A DNA stretch of 63,974 bases, the filler included, from Octopus bimaculoides (lineage: Eukaryota), in NCBI RefSeq assembly GCF_001194135.2. It is 4 parts of 4 records of this genome, joined end to end, with 100 filler letters (N's around TTAATTAATTAA, not from the genome) between each part and the next. Parts side by side here need not be neighbours in the genome. Positions count along the whole stretch, not along the records: positions 1 to 31,018 come from NC_068981.1; positions 31,119 to 57,757 come from NC_068984.1; 2 more parts are not named here. One strand, 5' to 3'. Below the pieces are notes generated by a model, which had not been told where the DNA came from, searched no databases, and saw only the letters and a program-made list of their open reading frames with translations. The stretch's first letter is position 1, and the number at the start of each line of letters is the position of its first letter. The translations under genes and the position numbers were made by a program. Below, in pieces: positions 25,359 through 36,803 of the stretch.

Positions 25359-25619
25359 TACATGCGTGACACCTTGGGAAAGTGCCCTTTTCTATAGCCT
25401 TGGGTTCAATACATACTGTATCGGGATCGTTGCTTCGGGTAGTGGATAGTTTTAGATATAAGTCACCCGCCAGCTGGCCAATGGCCGTGTATCGAGAGAA
25501 AAATGATAAGAGGTTTACCCAGCTGCAGGAGTGAAATGGCTGATTTAAATGATTAATAATATAACAGGTCATGTAATAATATCTTACAGCAATTAAACAA
25601 ACTCTAAGTTAAACCTGAT

Positions 25620-26140
25620 ATTATATGGTATCAAGTTTAGTGTATCTCGTTTAACAGAAGTCTAGAAAGCAGTGAGAGATCTTCTAGATGATCGATCAAA
25701 CGTAATCGGCCATAGTCGATATAGATATTAGAAATATTGGGATGGTTATCTAGAATATATTTGAACTCGATCTATTCAGTTGGAGTTGATCTGAGAGTAC
25801 AAGAATGATGAACTTGGTGCTGACTTCAAGTGTGCACAGATAAGCTCGTCTAGACCAGACTAGACCTGATCTGGGGTACACACAGTGAATTGGCAATTTT
25901 ATTAACACATCAGATAGAGAGCGTTGCAAACCATGTTCAAATCCCACCGAATTCGGATTTGCTTTTTCTCCTTCCAAGTCATTTCAGGATTCTGACCTGG
26001 TGAGACGCATCAGATTTCTTATCTCAGTTACACAAGCTCGCTCTTCCCATGAATATCAGCTTATTTTTAGCTTAAAGCTTTTGTCACTATCTTTATTGTC
26101 GCAGTCGCTCGCTCGAACTGCATGAACAAGCAGCAAATTT
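25620..26140 (+). mobile_element. Possible decayed DIRS-like retrotransposon fragment (tyrosine recombinase N-terminal region)
   Basis: Frameshifted TIFIVAVARS/ELHE near 26085-26125 resembles DIRS recombinase TLFLVALAS..R.SELHAL; upstream hints are weaker. Confidence 0.3.
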
Positions 26141-26349
26141 ATCTTCATATTATACTTTGATACCTTAAGAAATGCTTGGAGGGTGTGGTGTGGGAGTTAT
26201 ATAGTAATTCCGTAAAGAAATAGCATGGAAACGACTGGAGTTGCTTTTTATTTTGCAATGACTAAAGCAGAAAGAGAAAAGCACAATTCTTTGAGAGTTC
26301 AAAAATCGCTGGGATGAAAGGGAGAAGTTATCTGAATATTGGAAAAGAG

Positions 26350-26983
26350 TTACCCGTATCATGATGATTCACGTTGGGTATCAAAATGCCGACATCATGA
26401 TTGCTGCCGAATACTTTGTGAACACTGTAAAGGCTGTAAGATATGATATGGTCAGTTGCGACAGAAACTATGAAGCCGTGCAAACATGAAAGGGAAGAGG
26501 AGGCGTTCTGACTACGACCGTACGGCGGAATTCACCCCCATATCTTTGAACAAGACCTCAGTCTCAATTCAGACAGTTATGTGAGGCTTCTGGAGGCGGT
26601 GTGGTCAAACCCTGCTTAAAGAAGGTTGCTGGCGGAAGACCATCTGTGAAGCAGCCGGATTCGGCACCTTGCCGTACCCCCGTCAGAAGTAGTTGTCGGA
26701 GAATTTCTATCACTTCATCACTCCCAATTTCTAGCCTCCTAATTTCCCCAGTTATAATACCATAAATTACTATGTGTGGGGGTATGGTTGAGAAAGAGAC
26801 TAACCGGAGCATTCTTGAGGCCGTGGTGGAACATGAGGGCAGCTACTTTGAGTAAACTATTATCTCCCAGCTATAATCTCGTTGATTTTTTTTTATATAA
26901 TTCAAAACACTTTCATTTTTGGATGAGATATTGTTTTCTTTCCCTTTTGTGTAAACTGTCAAATTTAGCCTGAAAATTCTGTA
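26350..26983 (+). mobile_element. maT/DD37D-like Tc1-mariner remnant, internally deleted, right TIR plus TA
   Basis: QPDSAPC.T and LSENFYHFITPNF*PPNFPSYNTINYYVWGMVEKETN (the WPPNSPDLNPLDYYVW motif); end GTCAAATTTAGCCTGAAAATTCTG-TA. Confidence 0.75.
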
Positions 26984-27172
26984 TATATTCATATATATAT
27001 ATATATATATATATANNNNNNNNNNNNNNNNNNNNNNNNNNNNNNNNNNNNNNNNNNNNNNNNNNNNNNNNNNNNNNNNNNNNNNNNNNNNNNNNNNNNN
27101 NNNNNNNNNNNNNNNNNNNNNNNNNNNNNNNNNNNNNNNNNNNNNNNNNNNNNNNNNNNNNNNNNNNNNNNN

Positions 27173-27204
<32 letters not shown>

Positions 27205-28228
27205 CTGGGTCAATAACAGATTAACATAGTCGAAAGAGCCTGTATTCACTGCTTGTTTCAAAACTATCACTTTTTAAAAAGGATTCTATCATTAATGAAA
27301 ACTAATTCACTGAAGAATTTTATCACACAATTAAAAATAAAAACAAGTTACAAATATAGTTTGGAATCTGAGTTCCCGATATTGTAAATGGTAAGAATAG
27401 CTTGAGTACATTTGACTCTTTTGTATTGGGTTATTTGTAAACTGTCATTTCAAATTATCATGAAAACAATTGCTTCTGGAATGAGTAACTTCATTAATAT
27501 CAAGTGAAATGTTCATTTTATGTCGCGTTTCATCAATTATATTCTACTCAATATCTGAAAAAAAATCCTATACTTATTCTTAATCGACCTCATTTGCATA
27601 TTTAATTAGCCAATTGATTTTGCATAAACCTAATGTTAAAAGGTTACTTGCTTTGAAAATTTATGCAGTTGACCGAATTATACAACTATTTTGTAAGCAA
27701 TAAAGCGAAATGGGGTATATATGGCGATCGACTGGAAGATTGGTAGAACGTCCGATAGAGTGCGTTGCAGTTTCTAGTTACGATCCCATTTTGAACCTTG
27801 TTGAAATCATCTTTGACACTACAATAAAGAACCAGGCCATCATCATGTTATCAATTTTGCCCTTTCATTCCAAACAAATTGTGTCCTTCTGCCAATGCTA
27901 GACGTAAACATTCCCCTTTCACACACATACACACACACACACGTACACACACACACATGCACATACACATATGCACACGCACTCTTTCTCTCTCTTTCTC
28001 TCTCACACACACACACATTTATATACATATTCATATATAATCCGACGATGGCTTAGCTGTCGAAACATCGGAGTCACTGTCAACAACGTTCTTGTTTAAG
28101 AATAATACATTTGTACTCTACAAAAGTAATGAGTAACTCATCAGAATAATGTAAAATTGTTTTTATTACAACTGAACATAAAATAAATAAATAAATAAAC
28201 ACACGCACACACATTTATACACGCACAC

Positions 28229-28378
28229 ACGACAGATTCCATGGAATTTCCGTCTACGAGATTCCCTCACAAAGCAATAGTGCCGCACTGTGCCGCACAG
28301 TGCCACATTATGAGTCTGAACCGGTAGTCACTAGATTCTAAAGCGAACTACTTAAACAGAAAGCCATTGGAGTGCCTT
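28229..28378 (-). mobile_element. SINE family B head, heavily diverged
   Basis: TTTCCGTCTAC...CTCACAAAGC...GTGCCACA...CTGAACC. Confidence 0.55.
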
Positions 28379-28581
28379 GTACTTCAGATTGAAATTTATC
28401 TTTGGTTCGTATTGGAACAGTGAATGACCTTCCAAATTTTTGTACTCTAAAGCGATCTCTGACCATCGAGTTTTTTTTCTTCTTAAAAGTAAGGTGTGGT
28501 TGGAGAGAAATTGAGTTGCTATTATTAACAGATTGATGACCATGTACATGGTCTAGGTTAGTGTAACGTAAATAAAGCAAC

Positions 28582-28740
28582 AGGCACAGGCGTGGCTGTA
28601 TGGGAGGATGTTTGCTTTCCTACCACATGGTTCCCGGGTCAGTCCCACTGCGTCGTACTCTGGGCAAGCGTCCTCTACAATAGCCACGGGCAGACCAAAG
28701 CCTTCTGAGTGGATTTAGTAGACGAAAACTAAAAGAAGCC

Positions 28741-28743
<3 letters not shown>
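28582..28743 (+). mobile_element. SINE family B head (tRNA-like plus CORE-like)
   Basis: GGCGTGGCTGT...CCACATGGTTCC.GGGTCAGTCCCACTGCG...TGGGCAAG.GTCCTCTAC.ATAGCC...GACGAAAACT.AAAGAAGCCCGT. Confidence 0.85.
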
Positions 28744-28798
<55 letters not shown>

Positions 28799-28859
28799 GA
28801 GTATATGCATATATACGTACAGGTATGTGCATACCTACGTCTACCAGTATATATAGGTG

Positions 28860-29190
28860 CATATCTGGGTACAGGACGTTGCAAACAAAACGTAGACAAA
28901 AAAACAATAATAACCAGAGTACAGAACACACACAGGCCGCATAGAGAACATTTTCCTTCATCAGCTACCCCCATTCTAACACATGCGTTTCGAAGAGCAG
29001 GGCAGGACGCATCGTTAAAATGGCTATTCCTATGGATCACAAATTAAATTTGTACACACAAATTAAACTGTACCATGGAGGAATGTAGTGGCGGACAGGA
29101 AACAAGACAGGAAAACAAACGGAAAAAAAAACAAGACAGGAAAACAAACAGAAAAGGCTATACGGCCAGACGTGAAAAATTATGTGTATA
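28860..29190 (-). mobile_element. Possible Penelope-like terminal repeat with degenerate hammerhead motifs
   Basis: Minus strand carries CGAAACGCATGTGTT and CTGATGAAGG followed by a T-rich tail. Confidence 0.35.
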
Positions 29191-29246
29191 TATATATATA
29201 TATATGAGTGTATGTCATCGTAACTGTATTTATTTTCCATCACCAT

Positions 29247-29610
29247 TTGACGGAAACTGAAAGAAGCTCGTCGTATATGTGTGTGTGTGAAGGTACGTGG
29301 TTTAGTGGTTAGGGCTTTCAGCTCACGATCGTAAGGTCGTGAATTCAATTCCCAGCGACGCGTTGTGTCCTTGAGCAAGACACTTTATTTCACGTTGCTC
29401 CAGTCCACTCAGCTGGGAAAAGTGAGTAGTACCAGTATTTCAACAAGCCAGCCTTGTCACTCTGTGTCACGCTGAATCTCCCTGAGAACTATGTTAAGAG
29501 TACACGTGTCTGTGGTGTGCTCAGCCACTTGCACGTTAATTTCACGAGCAAGCTGTCCTGTTGATCGCATCAACTGGAGACCCTTGTCATCGTAACCGAC
29601 GGAGTGCTCC

Positions 29611-29645
<35 letters not shown>

Positions 29646-29872
29646 GTGTGTGTCTTTTCCCCCCTCACGCCATCACTTGACAACCAATGTTGGTGTGTTT
29701 ATGTTCCCGTAACACCAGCTCGGCAAAAGAGACTGATAGAATAAGTACTAGGCTTACAGAAAATAAGTCCTGGGGTTGATTTCTTCGATTAAAACACTTT
29801 ATGACGGTGCTCCAGCATGGACGCAGTCAAGATGACTGCGCAGTCAAAGACGTGTCAAACAATTAAAAAATA
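29247..29872 (+). mobile_element. 5'-truncated SINE family B hosting a nested family C SINE
   Basis: GACGGAAACTGAAAGAAGCTCGTCG (29249), then family C insert, then family B tail 29641-29872. Confidence 0.8.
29289..29608 (+). mobile_element. tRNA-derived SINE family C
   Basis: A-box-like TGGTTTAGTGG, B-box-like TGAATTCAATTCCC, TTGTGTCCTTGAGCAAGACACTT, CCAGTCCACTCAGCTG, CACTTGCACGTTAAT. Confidence 0.85.
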
Positions 29873-29935
29873 TAACATAGGTAATACATTGGACTGAAGC
29901 GTATTTGATTTATTTTCTGTAATAGTGGTCAACGA

Positions 29936-30287
29936 GAAGGCGCAATGGCCCAGTGGTTAGGGCAGCGGACACGCGATCGGTGGATGACGGTTTCGATTTC
30001 CAGACCGGGCGTTGTGAGTGTTTATCGAGCGAAAACACCTAAGCTCTACGAGGCTCCAGCAAGGGGTGGTGGCGACCCCTGTTGTATTCTTTCGCCTAAC
30101 TTTCTCTCATTGTTTCTTGAGTAACGCTGCGATGGACTGGCGTCCCGTCCAGCTNNNNNNNNNNAGTAACGCTGCGATGGACTGGCGTCCCGTCCAGCTG
30201 CGGGGAACACATACGCCATAGAAACCGGGAAACCGGGTCCATGAACCTGGCTAGGCTTTGAAAGGGCGACGTTTACCTTTTTTTTTT
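29936..30287 (+). mobile_element. tRNA-derived SINE family D with V-SINE-like domain and 14-bp TSD
   Basis: A-box TGGCCCAGTGG, B-box GGTTTCGATTTCC, GCGATGGACTGGCGTCCCGTCCAG (V-domain-like), T tail; flanks TAATAGTGGTCAAC (29920) and TAATAGTGGTTAAC (30288). Confidence 0.85.
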
Positions 30288-30804
30288 TAATAGTGGTTAA
30301 CACCGTAACAAATCACAACCGCTTAACACACTCCTGCGTCCTCTACATTGCTCTCCTTCTTCCAATCACAACTTAACTTCTTAAATAGAGAACATAGGGG
30401 ATCATTTGGTCTTGGATACTTTGCGTATGAAAAAAAAGGACAAGATGCTCTCGACTGAAATTCACTTGATCCTAACTACTACTCTTGTGTAACCATGGTT
30501 ACTAATGAGCAAAGGCTATCAATTACCTACGGTTTCATCGTTAGTTAGCTATGATTGATTGTTCGATAATTACTTTGTATATTCCGTATCAACTGTTAAT
30601 TATTATCTACTGTTAGTCATTAATAATGATTATTCATTAGCAAGACATACTTAGTAGGTATAGCTATACAGGAATTTTAGTCACTTAGTCATTTAGTAGC
30701 TAACTACTGAATACTAGTGACTACGGATATTCAGACGCTACGCCTACTTACTCACAAATACTAATGCACACCTTCAAATATGACACAATAAATAATATAT
30801 TATA

Positions 30805-30978
30805 GCCCCGAGCAGGTCAATGCCTTGTGAATGAGTGTGGTCGACGAAAACTGCATGGAAGCCCGTCTTTTCATGCAGCGGGGTGACTTTATTCGAAGGC
30901 TAAAATTATGCAAAGCGCAGCGTGACCAGCGGTGTGTTACAACATCTGATAGTCTGATCAGTCACAACGTGATCACAA

Positions 30979-30980
<2 letters not shown>
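30805..30980 (+). mobile_element. Family B-related SINE fragment with a different tail
   Basis: ATAGCCCCGAGCAGG.CAATGCCTTGTGA...GACGAAAACTGCATGGAAGCCCGTC. Confidence 0.6.
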
Positions 30981-31018
<38 letters not shown>

Positions 31019-31118
31019 NNNNNNNNNNNNNNNNNNNNNNNNNNNNNNNNNNNNNNNNNNNNTTAATTAATTAANNNNNNNNNNNNNNNNNNNNNNNNNN
31101 NNNNNNNNNNNNNNNNNN
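31019..31118. other. Artificial join: 44 N + TTAATTAATTAA + 44 N
   Basis: Exactly 100 bp; the palindromic linker has stop codons in all six frames; same structure at 57758 and 62701. Confidence 0.9.
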
Positions 31119-31164
<46 letters not shown>

Positions 31165-32502
31165 TACATGCATACAAACATACAAACATACGTACATGCG
31201 TACATACATGCATACATACATACCTTTTAGAAACTTCATTCCTATCACAATGTTTCCCTTTGTATATAACTTGGTTTAAATACTAGCAATCAATATCTAT
31301 CAAGGCATTTTTCCTGTAAAGAATATACCTATCTAATTAAACCTATATCTAAATTTTCATTGTAATTTCAACATGTGATTTACTAACTTCTGTAGTTTTC
31401 AATTAAATTTAATTAATTGAAATTTCGAAATCGTCGCTCCAGTTATTTAACCAGAACTGATATTATGGTAACAATAATAGTTATTCTCAATGGGTCCACG
31501 TTCGATGAATTTAAATTTTAAACTTCATCAAAATTATATTCCATAGTCTTCTTGGCTAAGATATAAAATCATATTCCAGTAGAATAATGTAAGTGGGATT
31601 TACAATTTGCGAGTAAATTCATAGAATATATGTATATTAACTGGAAAAATGGATGGGGGTCGTATGACGTTCATATGGTCAGTGTAAATTAAACAGAAAC
31701 GATAAGTGCATGAATAACAATACTTAGGTTAATGTTAGCATATTTAATGAAAGCAGATTTAAATGCTAACCAGAATTAGTTACGCGGTGAGGAAGAAACC
31801 TTATTAATAATTTATTCTAATTATTTCAGCATATACACGAACCATGGCTTTGGACATGTTTCATTAATATTATTACTATCGTCACCGAAGCATGGACTTC
31901 ACTGTAATTGCCGTCATATTGGTGACAGAGTCCTTAATTTAATGTATATATACACAAGTTGGTGTAGAATAATAAAATTGTCTTTAGAATGAAATTTCTA
32001 TGTTAAACACTTTGCATATGTATTTGAACTACAGGATAATACTAAATCATTTTGAAATAGCCGAATTCTCTACCTTGGTATTGTTGAGAAGAATTGCCAT
32101 TAACACTAATGGCATTTATTCTAGTAAGACAAAAATTCCAGTTGATTAATAACAATTTCTGTCTTGCTGCAGTGAGTATTTTAGCCTATGCAGAAGGGAA
32201 ATTTGTAACGTAATTAAATTCTTGAATATTTACATTGTAACAGTTCCATCACAACTTTTGTAAATAAGGCAAAGTACATGATTAGCTAAGGTTGTTTATA
32301 ATAAGAATGATATACAATGGATGATCCTAACAGTCAATGATGGACACACAGGTACACATAGTACCTAACACATGATTTTTACTATTTGTGTTTTTATCTA
32401 ATTGAACTTTCCAATTTTCTATCGATAAGGTATTGCCATGCATCTACTCATCATGCACTAACAATAAAAATAAACTTCATGTTAATCCTTTCTCTACGAT
32501 AT

Positions 32503-32539
<37 letters not shown>

Positions 32540-33390
32540 TATTCGTGTATATCATGTTCATTTATATGATACACCGCCCCACAATTTTTATATTCTATCG
32601 GAAAGTAAATGTAAACGTATTATTTCTGATACCAGAAAACGTAATCAGGAATTAGATTCTGGATTAGATAAACTGTTGCTAAAGAATTGCTTAAGAAAAC
32701 TTTGAAAAATTACACCATGAATCATAACATGTGGGATATGCGTCCAGCACTTGTCCGAAGTAGTTTCCCCCTAGTTGCTGAAAGATTCAAAATAAGATTA
32801 GTCAATGAGTAACTATTGATTTTACTAGTTCCATGATTATTTCCAGTTGACTATATAATGCATTTGATATGTTATTTCTATCTTAAATCTAGTTCTTAGA
32901 AGTCGAGTTGAACTGAAGCACAGTCATGATAAATATCTTTATATTCATGTGACAAGAGAGATTTGGGAAAGATTATATAAAAAGGAAACCAAATTCAATT
33001 CATAAGTAACACCATCAACTTTAACTTTGATTTGCTAGAGATTTTCGTACATATACATTTCTGAGGTGAGGAACTGTAGTCTATTTTCTTCGAAATATTA
33101 CTGGTAATCCCATAAGCAGTTATCTCAACACCACGATAAGTAAAGGTAGAGTAAAAGAAGAATTACTATCTACATGACATTTATGTGGGCGTCACAGTTC
33201 TGTTGCGATAGAAAATAAGAATTCCGTTTAATATATTCTTCATGCGCTGTGTAACTCTACTAAATTGTTTACTTTTCATTTTACACAAAACTATAATCAT
33301 TCAGTGATACGATAGCACAATTCCTTTTTTTTTTAACAATACTAAAGTAAAGTCCATTCAATGGCTTATGCAAGAATATTCTGTAGTTAC

Positions 33391-34432
33391 TTATTGCCTC
33401 CGCCTTAGCGAAGTCGGAGGTATTATTTTCGGTCTTGTTTGTTTGTTTGTTTGTTTGTCCATGAACAAGATAACTGGATGGATTCGGATGAAACTTTCAA
33501 GGATGTTTGGACTCGTGACTGGCACGAAAGGGTTAGATTTTAGGATCAATCCGGTGCTGGACAAGTATACGGGATTATTTTTTTGTAATATTTACTTTAC
33601 TTTACATGAAGTATTACGATCTTACGGACTCTCAAGTCTTTCTCTGATTATCTCCCTTGAAAGCATACTGATGGTTTCCACGTAAACTATGGTGGCATTG
33701 CTATTACCAAAGTTTTATTTTCGTTTCTCTATTGTTAATTTTACTCGTGTCTCTATCTTAGTAGAAACTGAATAGAAATCAAACTACATAAACAAACGGT
33801 AGCGAAACCTTTCAGAAATTAAATAACACTAACATTTTCAGTAACAATCATGAATTTAGTTGATCCTCGACTATTTTTAGTTTTACCAATTTTGAATATA
33901 TAGCTCCTGTTTAAAACCTCTTACCTACTTGACAAGTGAAATTCTAGCTTTGCCTTGAAGGAAGCTTTATTTCTTGGACTCACGATTTTGTGCGAAACGA
34001 TGTTGCTAAACCTCCGTTAACAACACCGTATGCAGGTCCTTACCGTTTTCTTTCACGCACCGATAAAGTTTTCACTATAGACCTTAATGGTCGTAAATAC
34101 ACTATATCAGTGGATAGACTTTAAAATGCCTGCATAGAGAAAACTGCCCCTGTTCCCACAGCAGACGACACACATACAGCTTTAGAAACATGGCCCGCAT
34201 ACCCACCATGACATTCCATGACTACCATTGGGAACGATCAGGCACCGGACAAGGATTCTGGATTATTTTTCCGTTTTTTTACTGAATGTTTGAGAGCGGT
34301 CGGGTTCATTTTTAGTATTCTCGTTTGTTAGAGCAGTCGAGTTTACTTCAAATATTCTCATTTTAGAAATCATCTCCGGCTAATTGTTAAGAGGACGTTG
34401 GCGGAGGTTCGCGCTTTTTGAGTGCTCCCGTT
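33391..34432 (+). mobile_element. Helentron-associated non-autonomous element (HINE/DINE-1-like)
   Basis: 5' TTATTGCCTCCGCC with hairpin partner GTCGGAGG, (GTTT)n, GGATTCGGATGAAACTTT; 3' subTIR GGCGGAGG then GCGCT..GAGTGC and TT. Confidence 0.8.
33963..34140 (+). pseudogene. Gypsy-type integrase C-terminal GPY/F domain fragment inside the HINE
   Basis: In-frame WTHDFVRNDVAKPPLTTPYAGPYRFLSRTDKVFTIDLNGRKYTISVDRL*NACIE. Confidence 0.8.
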
Positions 34433-34470
34433 ATTTTTTTCTGACGCATATCCAGTATATTCAATTTTTA

Positions 34471-35025
34471 GATGGTTGCCCTGAAAGTAATGTAAAGGTG
34501 AGTATAACTTCTTTCTTAAATGGCAAACGTCGTTCAGATTGCAGAGTATACTAGATTAAGTCTTCTAAGTAATTATTTTTCTGGTATTTTATTGCAGGCA
34601 GATAATGGATTCAAAGCAGAAATAATGCACCGTTATTGAGATCTTGACAAAAGAAGGGTACAGTTCCTCTGTCATCCACGAAAGGCAACATGTTGTTAAC
34701 GAAGATAAAACCATGGACAAGAACAATATGTACATATGGATGAAGTTTAAAGAAGGGAATCTAGCTCTCAAGACAAATAACGCAATTAGTCACCACGAAC
34801 ATCGACCATTGTCATGAATCGCCAGCGAGTGGACGATATAAGTTGCGTGACTAGATGGGCTATACTCCGTGAGCTTGCTCCATAACTAGTTTGTGATCAC
34901 AACGCATTCCAAAAAGCACAAGAAAGTGTGTGCAAAATGTGCATCGCGACACTTCACATCTGATTTGAACGTGGCAGCACTGTGAATAGTGAATATATTA
35001 AAACACTCAAAAAGACTTAAGAATA
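34471..35025 (+). mobile_element. Mariner transposase remnant (5' TIR plus N-terminal HTH region)
   Basis: TA-GATGGTTGCCCTGAAAGTAATG TIR-like start; TVIEILTKEGYSSSVIHER...TMDKNNMYIWMKFKEG; KKVCAKCASRHFT (KVCARWVP.L motif). Confidence 0.8.
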
Positions 35026-36769
35026 TCTATTTCCATTGACCATAACAATTAACGGTTATTCATGTATTTAATAAAAAAAAATAGGTAGCCGACAGATTGT
35101 GCTGCTCAGTGGTCTTTACCCATAGTATAGTCCGGATCTAGCTCCCGCTTCTTTCAGTCTTTTCGATCCAGCGAAGAACAGTCTTCAGAGGCAATTTAAT
35201 GAAGTAGACTAGTGGTAATGGTTGTAAAGAAGTGGATACAACAGTGCTCACCTGAAAGTTTTCAAAAAGGATTCGTGTGTTGGGTTCATCTATGTTACGG
35301 ATGTATAACTTGAGATGGAAATGATTTTGAATAGTATCTTTGCGTAAAGGAGGGTATACACTAATGTGGCTTAATCTTTTATTATATGAATTTTTCCGAT
35401 AAAAATAAGAATGTTGCATCACATATCTAAAGTTGGTAAAGCATTTCCAACGTAGCCATACAGTAGTACAATAATATTATAGTTAATTATATTTTAGATT
35501 CTGTTCCATCATTAAGATTCTTTACTTCTCAACGAAGAGCGAAAAAGACAATAGATAACGCTCAAAATAGAAAAGGAAACAAGCGTATAATAAACGTTAT
35601 AGCTTCTAGATTCGTTTCCAATTTGTTTTCAATGCGATCTGCAGAGACATTCACTTCATTTAAAGATTTACATGTTTTGAATAAAATACAGTTTGAAAAG
35701 AAATTATATATTTCATGGTTCTGTATAAACTTCCAATCGCCTTAGTTTCCGAAATAAGCATGGAATTTTCAGTTGATACTATTATATATGCATATCGCTT
35801 TGCGCCATTCCGAATAAGTAAGATGAGTGTGATGTATATTGTATCGCAAAGCCAAGTTGACAAAGGCATATGTGAAGAAGTGTTCATATTACATGAAAGT
35901 AACCATTAGATAGGTTTGCTGTAAAGTAAGAGAAAATATATTTAAGCAATCTTACTATATACACTCTCTATACACATTGTGATTCGGTTGAAAGAGTCAG
36001 TGTTGCTTGAACACAAAACCTTAATCATTCGCTGATACGGTCGAACAATCCCCTTTTTATCAATTCTAAATACGAATCAATAAAATCGCTTAGTAAGTAT
36101 GTTCTATAGTAATACGGTTTCTCTTACGCCTATTCAGAAAATTCAATTTTCCTACTCCAGCAGGAGAATTAAAAGTGCAGAGAAAAAATCCAGCTGTATA
36201 CTTATGCAAATATGCTAATAACATTTATCGACATCTTCAATACATTTCAGATTGAAAACAAAATAAAATTCAATCCTTAAACGAAAATCTTCAGAAACAA
36301 TTGTCAAATGTTTTTTAATCTCGGTTGTATAAATACTAAGATTGATTATTCAATATATTTTCGCATTTTCCAATGAAAATCGAAGATAAAAATTCAACAT
36401 TATAAAATCTAATTTATGAATAAATTTCCTTGTACGAAAAATGATAAATTTCCTTGTACGAAAAATGATAAATTTACTTAGATAAAATCATCAAATTATT
36501 GGCTGCCTCACATAAAATATATGAGAAGTCCGGAATATTACTATGAATATAAATATAATCAAAAAATGATCTCAAGCCAAGTAATTTTGTCTTAGTAAAC
36601 AAACAATTAAACTTCCTAGTGAGGTAAAATTGTTTGAGAAATATTATAAGATAGAAAAATATGGCATTGAAATCTGAGGTGACAGACAAAATCTACGGTC
36701 GTTTAATTTTCTTTGTTCCATTCTTAACCAAACTGGACGGATCTAGTAGATTTGAATGAAGTAAAATAA

Positions 36770-36803
<34 letters not shown>

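Larger units (their letters stand above)
31500..36480 (+). repeat. Copy 1 of an old direct duplication of non-coding DNA
   Basis: Collinear anchors with 40995-42900 (see findings). Confidence 0.75.

Noticed and set aside
25802-25872. Box C/D snoRNA-like arrangement (ATGATGA...CTGA...CTGA with AGA/TCT ends)
   Set aside because: No C' box, no rRNA-complementary guide recognised, short motifs expected by chance, and it overlaps a possible DIRS remnant
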